DNA from: Candidatus Auribacterota bacterium
GTDB lineage: Bacteria > Auribacterota > Ancaeobacteria > Ancaeobacterales > Ancaeobacteraceae
Assembly: GCA_022711655.1 (NCBI GenBank)
Contig: JAKLEM010000004.1
Location: 8,182 to 72,181, forward strand
Length of the DNA: 64,000 nt
Direction of reading: 5' to 3'
The position numbers were made by a program, and so were the translations under genes. Each line of letters opens with the position of its first letter. Position 1 is the stretch's first letter. Shown piece by piece: positions 50,044-58,162 of this stretch. Below the pieces are notes generated by a model. It saw nothing but the letters and a program-made list of their open reading frames with translations. It did not search any database and was not told the DNA's origin.

Positions 50044-51519
50044 ATGAGAATGCGATCGTTATGTGCGGCGGTAATGATATGTGTGCTGACAGCATTTTCT
50101 TCGACCGCGTACGGTTTTATCTTTCCGGTCGGCGGCGACCAGGAATCACGTCCGCGAAGCGAGGTGAAATACGCGGTGACGCCCGACGGGTGGAAGATCG
50201 CGCTGGAGCATGTGCCTCCAGCCGGCGGCCAAAGCGGAAGGATCCCGGTGATCCTATGTCACGGCCTTGGCTATAACGGCGATTTCTGGATGCTCTCCAA
50301 CGAGGTGAACCTGCCCAGGCACCTCTCTCTCGAAGGGTATGACGTCTGGATCCTGTCTCTGAGGGGCGCAGGCAAGAGCACCAAGTGGGTCTATAAGCTC
50401 GCGGAGATGGGGCTTGAAGCGCCCGGCATCATCAGCAGCGTGAACAACGAGGACTATGTCGGCATGGGCATCAAAGGGCTCGGGATGCTGATGAAGCTCG
50501 GCCAAGCCAAGATGGAAAATGCCTCCGCGAACCCGAAATACATCAACTGGACGTTCGATGATTACGTGAAATACGATGTCCCGACGGCGATCGACTATGT
50601 CAAGAAGGCGACCGGGTCGCCGGAGGTCTTCTGGGTCGGGCACAGCATGGGAGGCAATGTCCTCCTGGCGCACCTCGCCAGGTATCGGCGCACCGACGTC
50701 CGCGGCGCGGTGACGGTCGGCTCGCAGCTGACGATGGTCAACGGCCACATCATATCGCAGTATATCAACACGCTCCAGTGGCTCCGCCTGTCCGAACTTG
50801 CCGGCGGCGTCGAAGCCGAGAAGGCCAAGCAGGCGGCGAAAGAGCAGGCGCGGGCGCTGCTCTTCTACGGGCCAAATATGGAAGGGGATGTCGTCGGGCG
50901 GCTCGAGAACGCCGGCACCGATACCCCTGCCGTCGGCGTCCTCGGACAGTATCTTGAGCTGGTCGCCTCGGGGCAGTTCAAGACGGCCGACAACAAATAC
51001 AATTATGCGCAGAATGCGAAAAACATATCGATCCCGCTGCTGGCGTGTGCCGGCAGCCAGGACTCTTTCGTCAACCCGAACGACCTGACGTTCCTGCGCG
51101 ATAACGTGTCGTCCGGCGATTTTCAGACCCTTCTGCTTGGCCCCTCGGCGGGGATGGATACGTTCGGACACAACGACGCCCTCATCAGCCGCCGCGCGTC
51201 GTCGCAGGTCTACCCGCTGATAACCGAATGGCTCGATAAGCACGCTGACGGGCGAATGCCCGTGCCGGCCATGAACGGATCCGAACGGCTGCATGATGTC
51301 GAGAGCGATGGATCGCTTCCGGCTTCGCAGCCGCAGGTGCCCGTTCCCGGCGGCATGAATATCCCCGGATCGCAACCCGTTCAAAGCCTGCCCCGCGCCC
51401 AGCGGGTGATAGTGGATGACGGCGCGAATATCGCGCGCGCGACACGCATCGTGCCCGCTGAGAGCGATGATGAGACTGAGGGCGCGAATCGGCCGCTGAG
51501 GGCGCTGCCCGTCGAATAG
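50044..51519 (+). CDS. Secreted alpha/beta-hydrolase (lipase/esterase-like) with a disordered C-terminal tail
   Basis: Signal peptide MRMRSLCAAVMICVLTAFSSTAYG; VILCHGLGYNG; nucleophile elbow GHSMGG. Confidence 0.8.
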   Translation: MRMRSLCAAVMICVLTAFSSTAYGFIFPVGGDQESRPRSEVKYAVTPDGWKIALEHVPPAGGQSGRIPVILCHGLGYNGDFWMLSNEVNLPRHLSLEGYDVWILSLRGAGKSTKWVYKLAEMGLEAPGIISSVNNEDYVGMGIKGLGMLMKLGQAKMENASANPKYINWTFDDYVKYDVPTAIDYVKKATGSPEVFWVGHSMGGNVLLAHLARYRRTDVRGAVTVGSQLTMVNGHIISQYINTLQWLRLSELAGGVEAEKAKQAAKEQARALLFYGPNMEGDVVGRLENAGTDTPAVGVLGQYLELVASGQFKTADNKYNYAQNAKNISIPLLACAGSQDSFVNPNDLTFLRDNVSSGDFQTLLLGPSAGMDTFGHNDALISRRASSQVYPLITEWLDKHADGRMPVPAMNGSERLHDVESDGSLPASQPQVPVPGGMNIPGSQPVQSLPRAQRVIVDDGANIARATRIVPAESDDETEGANRPLRALPVE

Positions 51520-51532
51520 TATTCAGGACGAG

Positions 51533-52549
51533 CTAGAGAGAGCTTTGCACCGTGCGCGAGATCCACTGGTCGATCATTTCTCCTGCGGAAAGCGGCGGCG
51601 GGACTGCCAGGTCTTCGGGGGGCACTTTCTTCAATTCTTTCGTGACCGTGTACAGCATGCCGTCGTATTCGTATGCCGTGGAGATGTTCCGGAACGGAGT
51701 CGGTTGTATGCGCATTGATACATTTCCTTCGGCGTTCTCTTCGGCTATGACCGCTTCGACGTAAGGCAGGGTGTCTTCGGTGATGAAGAGGGTTCCGCCG
51801 CTGCGCAGCAGCAGCAGGATCTTCGAGACGACCTTCCTCTTTGCGTTATCGATCTTCTTCGCGAGCGGCAGCCTCAAGTCAGAAAAAATCTCGTCGGTGG
51901 CGATCTCGTGATACGAGATCCCGTGTTTGCGGAAGCGCTCGAGGACAGAGTCCCTGAAATCAACGGATGCGAAGACGTTGAGGAACGTGATGTGATCGAT
52001 GCTGTTGGGAAGGAATCCGTGTTCTTCGTCGATCTCCTGCACGCTTATCCGCCGGTAATCGGGGCGACGGACAACTGCTTCATGTAATTTGCTTTCAGAG
52101 AGATAGGTATCGATTAAGTACTTGTGCATCTCGAGATAGTCCTGATTGATATCGGTGATGTAGGTCCGGTCCATAAAGAAAATATCGGGGTAGGTAAAGT
52201 CAGGCAGGGGGCCGGATCCGATGTGCAGGGATGTCTGTCCCGGCAGCGCATACTGCGCCATGGATTGCGCTCGTTGTATCATTCGATGGCGCTGCTTTAT
52301 ATCAGTCACGTTATCGACGACATGTTCGGGATCAAAGATCCATCGCTGACGATGCCGGCGGGATTTGTTTTCATATAGGTCCTGAAAGTCGGACTGTATA
52401 ACCTTCAGTTTTGACTGCGGCGCCAGAGAGCTTTTTCCGACATAGACACTGCTGACCTGCTCGCGCGCAGGTGGAGAGGCAGGGATAACGTATAGTGCAA
52501 TGGCCGCAACAACAACGAAATAACCCCTTTTTAAGAGTAGACAGTTCAT
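51533..52549 (-). CDS. Signal-anchored hypothetical protein with faint class-I methyltransferase-like motifs
   Basis: 338 aa; N-terminal hydrophobic anchor. LHIGSGPLPD and LLLLRSGGTLFI loosely resemble SAM-MTase motifs I and III. Visibly lower GC than the flanks. Confidence 0.5.
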   Translation of the reverse strand: MNCLLLKRGYFVVVAAIALYVIPASPPAREQVSSVYVGKSSLAPQSKLKVIQSDFQDLYENKSRRHRQRWIFDPEHVVDNVTDIKQRHRMIQRAQSMAQYALPGQTSLHIGSGPLPDFTYPDIFFMDRTYITDINQDYLEMHKYLIDTYLSESKLHEAVVRRPDYRRISVQEIDEEHGFLPNSIDHITFLNVFASVDFRDSVLERFRKHGISYHEIATDEIFSDLRLPLAKKIDNAKRKVVSKILLLLRSGGTLFITEDTLPYVEAVIAEENAEGNVSMRIQPTPFRNISTAYEYDGMLYTVTKELKKVPPEDLAVPPPLSAGEMIDQWISRTVQSSL

Positions 52550-52654
52550 TTAATCACCTTTTCTATTATAACCTATATTCGCGACGTTGTCAATTGTTGT
52601 GCAACATGTTGCTGTGTAGGTGCATATGAGTTTTATAAGCCAGGTAGATTTTTC

Positions 52655-52681
52655 TTGTCAGCGCGCCCGTTTTTCTATAAT
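52655..52681 (+). promoter_or_regulatory. Promoter candidate very close to the DUF2156 gene start
   Basis: TTGTCA, 15 nt, perfect TATAAT (52676-52681). The first ATG (52691) is only 10 nt downstream. Confidence 0.35.
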
Positions 52682-52690
52682 GTCCCCTGT

Positions 52691-53623
52691 ATGGATATGC
52701 CTGTATTCCCGCGGTCCCGGGACGTGGTCTTCGATGATAGAGAATCGTTCAATACGTTGTTCCGGCTCTATCCGCCCGTTATATCTGAGATGACGTTCAC
52801 AAACCTTTTTGCCTGGCGCGAGTTTTACCGGTTTAGCGTCGCCGAATATAGCGGGCATCTCCTGTTGGGATGCGGCGGGGCCGCGCCTGCTGTTTTTTTA
52901 CCCCCGGTCGGTCCCGATCCGGTATCTGTTATGATGGAATTGATCGCCGCGAGCGGCGCACAGTTTATCCGCGTGCCCGAGGTTGAGGCGCAGCGGTGCG
53001 CGACGGCTGACGGTGCCGTTATCGTTTCCGACAGAGACAATGCCGATTACCTCTACGATGCGGCGGAGCTGGCCTCTCTCAGCGGAGCGAAATACGACGG
53101 CAAGCGCAATCTCGTCAGGCGGTTCCAGTCCTCTTTCCCCTACGAGTATCACCCGTTGACCCCGTCGCTGATCGACCGGTGTCGCGACTTCGAACACCGT
53201 TGGTGTTCGGAAAAAGGGTGTGACCGCGATGCCGGCCTTTGCGCGGAGCGCCGCGCATTCGATACGATGCTTCCGCACTGCGGGTGCCTGCCGCTGCGCG
53301 GCGGTGCGATAACGATCGGCGGGGAGGTCAAAGCGGTCTGTATCGGGGAGCTGCTCAATCCGGAGACACTGGTCATCCATATCTTGAAAGCGATGAGGGA
53401 TTATCCGGGCCTCTATCAGGCTGTTTTTCATGATTTTTTAGTGAAAGAAGCGCGGGATGTGCGCTATATTAATATGGAGCAGGACCTTGGCGTCGATGGG
53501 TTGCGAAAGGCGAAGCTGTCCTATCACCCGGTCCGCATGGTCGACAAATATGCCGTATCGCGAAAAATGCGGGGCTCAGCGGAGCCGCAGCCTGCCGTCC
53601 TGCATGGGTGCTCACATGAATAG
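52691..53623 (+). CDS. DUF2156-like protein (aminoacyl-phosphatidylglycerol-synthase C-domain-like, GNAT-type fold)
   Basis: FTNLFAWREFYRFSVAEYSGHLLL and GAKYDGKRNLVRRF resemble DUF2156 / MprF C-terminal domain proteins; this is from memory only. Confidence 0.6.
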   Translation: MDMPVFPRSRDVVFDDRESFNTLFRLYPPVISEMTFTNLFAWREFYRFSVAEYSGHLLLGCGGAAPAVFLPPVGPDPVSVMMELIAASGAQFIRVPEVEAQRCATADGAVIVSDRDNADYLYDAAELASLSGAKYDGKRNLVRRFQSSFPYEYHPLTPSLIDRCRDFEHRWCSEKGCDRDAGLCAERRAFDTMLPHCGCLPLRGGAITIGGEVKAVCIGELLNPETLVIHILKAMRDYPGLYQAVFHDFLVKEARDVRYINMEQDLGVDGLRKAKLSYHPVRMVDKYAVSRKMRGSAEPQPAVLHGCSHE

Positions 53624-55385
53624 CAGATCCGATCGTCAGACGATACATCGCGGTGTTTGGACGCTGTGCATTGCGGCGGCGCTCCTTTCCGGATGCGTCA
53701 AGCCGGACGATAACGCCAACCGCCTGTTCGTCGAGGCCTCTCAGCTCGTCCGTGACGGCCAGGAGCTGGAGAAGAAGAGCTTCACGAGGGCGCTTGCTCT
53801 CTATCTCAGGTCGCAGGAAAAATTGCGTGAGATCCCCGCGCGGTTCCCGTCCTCGGAGATGGCGGTGAAGCTGGTCCAGGGGCAGCTTCGTGTCGGCTCA
53901 TACACCGTGTCGGAATTCGAGGATATCGTCCTCACTCAGGCGCGGATGAAGGCGAAGGCGGAGGCCGATCCGCTGTCGTGCGCGCTGCTCGTCTCCGATC
54001 GCGTCACCGACCCGTCGTCACGCGCCAAACTGCTCATCGACATCGCAAAGATCCATCTCCAGAAGAAGAATGCCGATTTCGGCGCAGAGCTTCTCATGCG
54101 TGCGCTCGGCACCGCCAACAGTATCAATGATACGTCGCTGAAGTCGGGGATCATAGCAGACATCTCGATGATGTTCGCGCAGTCCGGGAACTACGAGAAG
54201 GCGCTGGCGGTGACCAATTCAATTGAGGGCCCTTCGGACAAGACGGGCGCCCTAACGGCGATAGCGGACGCGTACGGCAAGATCGGTCAGGGCGAGAAGG
54301 CGGCCGAGATATTGTTTCGATCGCTCGTGACCGCTTCGACTATCAAAGACCCGTCGTTCAAATATGGCGCCCTGATTGATATCGCCCGCGCGTACGCAGC
54401 CATCGGCCGTTTTGAGCCGGCGATGCAGGTGGTTAAGATCATCGACAATCCCGCCGAGCGGACCACCGCCTATTTTGCAATCGCGAGGGCGCACGTCAGG
54501 CAGGGGAGCCCCGACAAGTGCTCCGAGATCCTGTCCAAGGCGTTCGTTGCGGCCAGTATGATCAAGGACCCCGCCCGCCGCGGATTGGCCCTGTCAGAGA
54601 TCGCGAAGATCTATAACGAGATCAGCCGGTTCGACCAGTCCCAGATGATCGCAAAGATCGTCTCCGATCCGGCGATGCAGACATCGCTTCTCGGCGAGAT
54701 AGCGGGGTGCCTCTATAAGAACGGCGACGGCGTTCGGGCGGAGGATATGCTCGATCAAGCCGTGCAGGGCGTCGCGGCCGTATCCGACCCCGAGGCGAAA
54801 GTGAAGCTTTTGTCTTTTCTTGCCCATCAGTGCCTGCAGGGCGGCGAATCAGACCGGGCGGTCGAGCTTATCCACCAGGCGTATGCGGTCGTCCTCATCA
54901 TCAACGACCCTGTGGTCAAGGCGAACCTGCTTACCGATATCGCCGGCCTGTACCGGGAGTCGCCACTGAGCGGGAAGACCTCCGATATCCTTGGGCAGGC
55001 GATGCAGGAGGTCTCGGGGGCGGTCAAGGACCCGTATGGGCGGATACAGCTGCTGGAAAAGATCGGCGATCTCTACCGGGTGATCGGCAAGAATGACAAG
55101 GCGGCGCAGATCTTTGCCGAGGAGGTGCAGGTCGCCAACGGCCTCACGGACCCGTCGCATCGTGTTAGCGTCTATCTCGAGATCGCGGCACGCTACGACG
55201 AGATGGAGCTCAAGAAAGAGCTGCTTGGCGTCATTTCGGAAGCGCTGCGCGCCGCCGCATTGATGAACGATTATTCATACAAGACCAGGACGCTTGTCGA
55301 TATCGGTGAGCGGTATGCCCAAAAGGACATGCCGGTTAATGACGACTCACGCGCCGTTCTCCACGATATCATCTGCGGGTTGTGA
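53616..55385 (+). CDS. Lipoprotein with about 12 alpha-solenoid repeats (33-41 aa units)
   Basis: ATG 53616 overlaps the upstream stop by 8 nt. Lipobox LLSGC. Repeated unit I-x-DP-x2-K-x3-L-x2-IA-x2-Y-x3-G. Confidence 0.7.
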   Translation: MNSRSDRQTIHRGVWTLCIAAALLSGCVKPDDNANRLFVEASQLVRDGQELEKKSFTRALALYLRSQEKLREIPARFPSSEMAVKLVQGQLRVGSYTVSEFEDIVLTQARMKAKAEADPLSCALLVSDRVTDPSSRAKLLIDIAKIHLQKKNADFGAELLMRALGTANSINDTSLKSGIIADISMMFAQSGNYEKALAVTNSIEGPSDKTGALTAIADAYGKIGQGEKAAEILFRSLVTASTIKDPSFKYGALIDIARAYAAIGRFEPAMQVVKIIDNPAERTTAYFAIARAHVRQGSPDKCSEILSKAFVAASMIKDPARRGLALSEIAKIYNEISRFDQSQMIAKIVSDPAMQTSLLGEIAGCLYKNGDGVRAEDMLDQAVQGVAAVSDPEAKVKLLSFLAHQCLQGGESDRAVELIHQAYAVVLIINDPVVKANLLTDIAGLYRESPLSGKTSDILGQAMQEVSGAVKDPYGRIQLLEKIGDLYRVIGKNDKAAQIFAEEVQVANGLTDPSHRVSVYLEIAARYDEMELKKELLGVISEALRAAALMNDYSYKTRTLVDIGERYAQKDMPVNDDSRAVLHDIICGL

Positions 55386-55399
55386 GGGAGGGGACGATC

Positions 55400-57055
55400 A
55401 TGAAAAAGATTTTCTGCTTATGCGTTGCAGCGGCCGTTGCGATAGGCTCGCAGCTGGCCTGGGGTGGCGAACCGAACGTCGACGAACAGGCAAACGTGCT
55501 TTTCATCGAAGCTGTGGAGCATGTCGGGGGTGCACAGAAGGCCGAGCAGGGAGAGGATATGTCGCAGGCCTACAAACTATACAAGAAGGCCCTGGAGAAG
55601 CTGAATACTATCATGGACCGTTATCCGTCGTCGCAGATGGCTGCGCAGCTCTCCGAAGGCGATGTGCGTGTCGGGCCGTATACGATCGCCGAGATCGAAA
55701 AGTCGGTCTTGCCGAGGCTCAAGAAAACATGTGAATCCGAGAGCGACATGCTTGCCGGCGCCCTTGTTATGTCTGACGGGTTGGCCGAACAGCAGCAGAA
55801 AGCGATGGTCCTCAACGAAATAGCGGCGGGGTTCATCGCGCGCAAGGAAGCCGCTGCCGCAGACGAGGCATTGTCCGCGCTCCGGCAGTCGGCCGAGCAG
55901 ATCGAGAACGCAGTGATCTCTTCCAGGGTGCTGCTGGCGGCGGCAGACAAAGAAATGCTTGCCGGCCGCAGGGAACAGGCCGGAGCGCTGCTTAACGCGG
56001 CGATGCGGCGCGCCTCCTCTGTGGAGGAAGAAGACGGAAAGCTCAAACTTTTGCTCGATATAGCGATGAATATGGCCGCCGCGGGATTCTACGACCAGGC
56101 GTTCTCCGTCGCGAATATGATCGCTCACCCTTCGGCGCGCGCGGTGATCCTTCTGAATATCGCGAGGCAGCTCGGTGCTGCCGGTAAGCGCGATGAGATG
56201 AAGCGGACTATGGAAGACGCTTACCGGTCGGTGACGTCGATGCAGGATTATTTTCAGCAGGCGGTGGCGCTGTGTGAACTTGCGGATCTCTATATCTCGA
56301 TCGGCGACCTTAAAACGGCCCAGGCGGTCGTCGGCAGCGCCGCGGTATTGTCCGAACAGATGACCCTCAACGAAGTAAAGGCCTCGATACTGCCGGACCT
56401 GGCCGTCCGCTATGCGAAGCTGGGGCAGCCGGCGGAAGCGATGTCGTTGATCCTGAAGGCATATCAGATGGCAAAAGGGATCAAGGACAGCCGTCTGCGT
56501 ATGGAGCTCGGCCTCAAGATCGCGCAGGCATACGTCGATTCAAAGAACGGAGCGGAAGCCGAGAAGCTGCTCGCCAATCTGCGTTCTGACGCGGCGCATC
56601 TTGCGGATCTGCAGTTCCAGGCCCAGGCGCTCGCGGAGATCGCCGATACGCACGGCAAGATGAAGCAGTACGGGCAGTCGCTAGCCGTCATTAAGGAGAT
56701 AAAAGATCCGCAGATCGCGGTGATCGCGTATCTCAGCCTGGCGGACCTGATCAAGAGCAGCGGCTCGTCCCAGGACATCGTTCCCCTGATCGCGGATGCA
56801 TCCGCCGCAGCCCGGCAGATCGGGGACGGTAACTCGCGGGACGATGCGTTTTGCAGGATCGCCTTCCGCTATGCGGATGAGGGTAAGTTCAACGAGGCGC
56901 TGCAGCACGTCGCGCAGACGGCTAACGCCGGGATCCGCGCATTTGCGTTGGCGCACACGGGCGCGGTCGCCGCAAAGGCACAGTACGCGAGCACGCCGGA
57001 AGATCGGGCGATGATCCGGGATATTATGAAGAGTCAGCAGGTGCGGCAGAAATAA
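55400..57055 (+). CDS. Secreted alpha-solenoid repeat protein, paralog of the upstream gene
   Basis: Signal peptide MKKIFCLCVAAAVAIGSQLAWG. Shares the N-module (RYPSSQMAAQLSEGDVRVGPYTIAEIE vs RFPSSEMAVKLVQGQLRVGSYTVSEFE) and the repeat pattern. Confidence 0.7.
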   Translation: MKKIFCLCVAAAVAIGSQLAWGGEPNVDEQANVLFIEAVEHVGGAQKAEQGEDMSQAYKLYKKALEKLNTIMDRYPSSQMAAQLSEGDVRVGPYTIAEIEKSVLPRLKKTCESESDMLAGALVMSDGLAEQQQKAMVLNEIAAGFIARKEAAAADEALSALRQSAEQIENAVISSRVLLAAADKEMLAGRREQAGALLNAAMRRASSVEEEDGKLKLLLDIAMNMAAAGFYDQAFSVANMIAHPSARAVILLNIARQLGAAGKRDEMKRTMEDAYRSVTSMQDYFQQAVALCELADLYISIGDLKTAQAVVGSAAVLSEQMTLNEVKASILPDLAVRYAKLGQPAEAMSLILKAYQMAKGIKDSRLRMELGLKIAQAYVDSKNGAEAEKLLANLRSDAAHLADLQFQAQALAEIADTHGKMKQYGQSLAVIKEIKDPQIAVIAYLSLADLIKSSGSSQDIVPLIADASAAARQIGDGNSRDDAFCRIAFRYADEGKFNEALQHVAQTANAGIRAFALAHTGAVAAKAQYASTPEDRAMIRDIMKSQQVRQK

Positions 57056-57087
57056 TCAGCGGCGCATCCGGCAGAGAGGCAGGCTTC

Positions 57088-58143
57088 ATGGTCCACGATT
57101 TTATGCAGAAAATCTGTGCGGGGAACCGCATCGCCGATTATACGATCGCCCTGCTGATATTCTGCACGTTCTTTCTGGCGGTGCGTTTTTTCACCCGGGT
57201 GATCCTGTCCCGCCTCAGCGCCAGGGCGCAGCGCTCGCCGGCGCGCATCGATAATTTCCTGATCCTGCTTTTCCAGAAGAACGCGCCGCCCCTGCTCTAC
57301 TTTGTCGCGTTCTTTATCGCCGTTCAGACGCTTGCGATGGCGCCGTTTGTCGCTAGGACGGTCAATGTTCTCGGGCTGACCCTCGTATCCGTCGTTATCA
57401 TCAGGTCTTTGATCGCCATCGCCGGCTATTCGATCGCTGCCTATGTGGCGCAGAAAGGCGCCGGCGCGGAAAAACACCAGAGCATCGCGGGTATCATGAC
57501 GATGGTCAAGATGCTCGTGTGGGGGCTGGGTGCCGTTTTCGTCCTCGACAACCTCGGGTTCAAGATCTCGGCGGTTGTCACCGGCCTGGGGATCGGCGGC
57601 GTCGCCGTCGCCTTCGCGTCTCAGGCGATCCTGGGAGACCTTTTCAGCTACTTCGCGATATTTTTCGACAGGCCGTTCGAGGCAGGCGATTATATAGTCG
57701 TTGGCGACCAATCGGGGACGGTTCAGAAGATCGGACTTAAAACGACCCGCATTGCCAGCCTGTGGGGGGAGCAGATCGTTTTCTCCAACACTGACCTGAC
57801 AAAGTCGTTCATCCGGAATTACAAGAAGATGGAGCGCAGGCGGGTGTGCTTTAAGTTTGGGGTGGTCTACCAGACGTCGGCCGAAGTGCTGAAGAAAATA
57901 CCGGATACGGTGGGCGAAATCATCCGGGCGATCCCTATGACGACGCTTGACCGCGTGCATTTCACGTCGTTCGCTGACTCGTCTCTTCTCTTCGAGGTTG
58001 TCTATTATGTGACAGGGAACGATTACAATTCTTTTATGGATATCCAGCAGGAGATCAATCTGAAGGTCAAGGAATCGTTCGAGAAATGCGGGATCGAGTT
58101 TGCCTACCCGACGCAGAAGATATACGTTGCGAAAGAGACCTGA
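57088..58143 (+). CDS. Mechanosensitive ion channel, MscS family
   Basis: Pore/beta-domain signature GLGIGGVAVAFASQAILGDLFS...FEAGDYIVVGDQSGTVQKIGLKTTRI. Confidence 0.9.
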   Translation: MVHDFMQKICAGNRIADYTIALLIFCTFFLAVRFFTRVILSRLSARAQRSPARIDNFLILLFQKNAPPLLYFVAFFIAVQTLAMAPFVARTVNVLGLTLVSVVIIRSLIAIAGYSIAAYVAQKGAGAEKHQSIAGIMTMVKMLVWGLGAVFVLDNLGFKISAVVTGLGIGGVAVAFASQAILGDLFSYFAIFFDRPFEAGDYIVVGDQSGTVQKIGLKTTRIASLWGEQIVFSNTDLTKSFIRNYKKMERRRVCFKFGVVYQTSAEVLKKIPDTVGEIIRAIPMTTLDRVHFTSFADSSLLFEVVYYVTGNDYNSFMDIQQEINLKVKESFEKCGIEFAYPTQKIYVAKET

Positions 58144-58162
58144 CGCTTTGCCGGGGATAACG

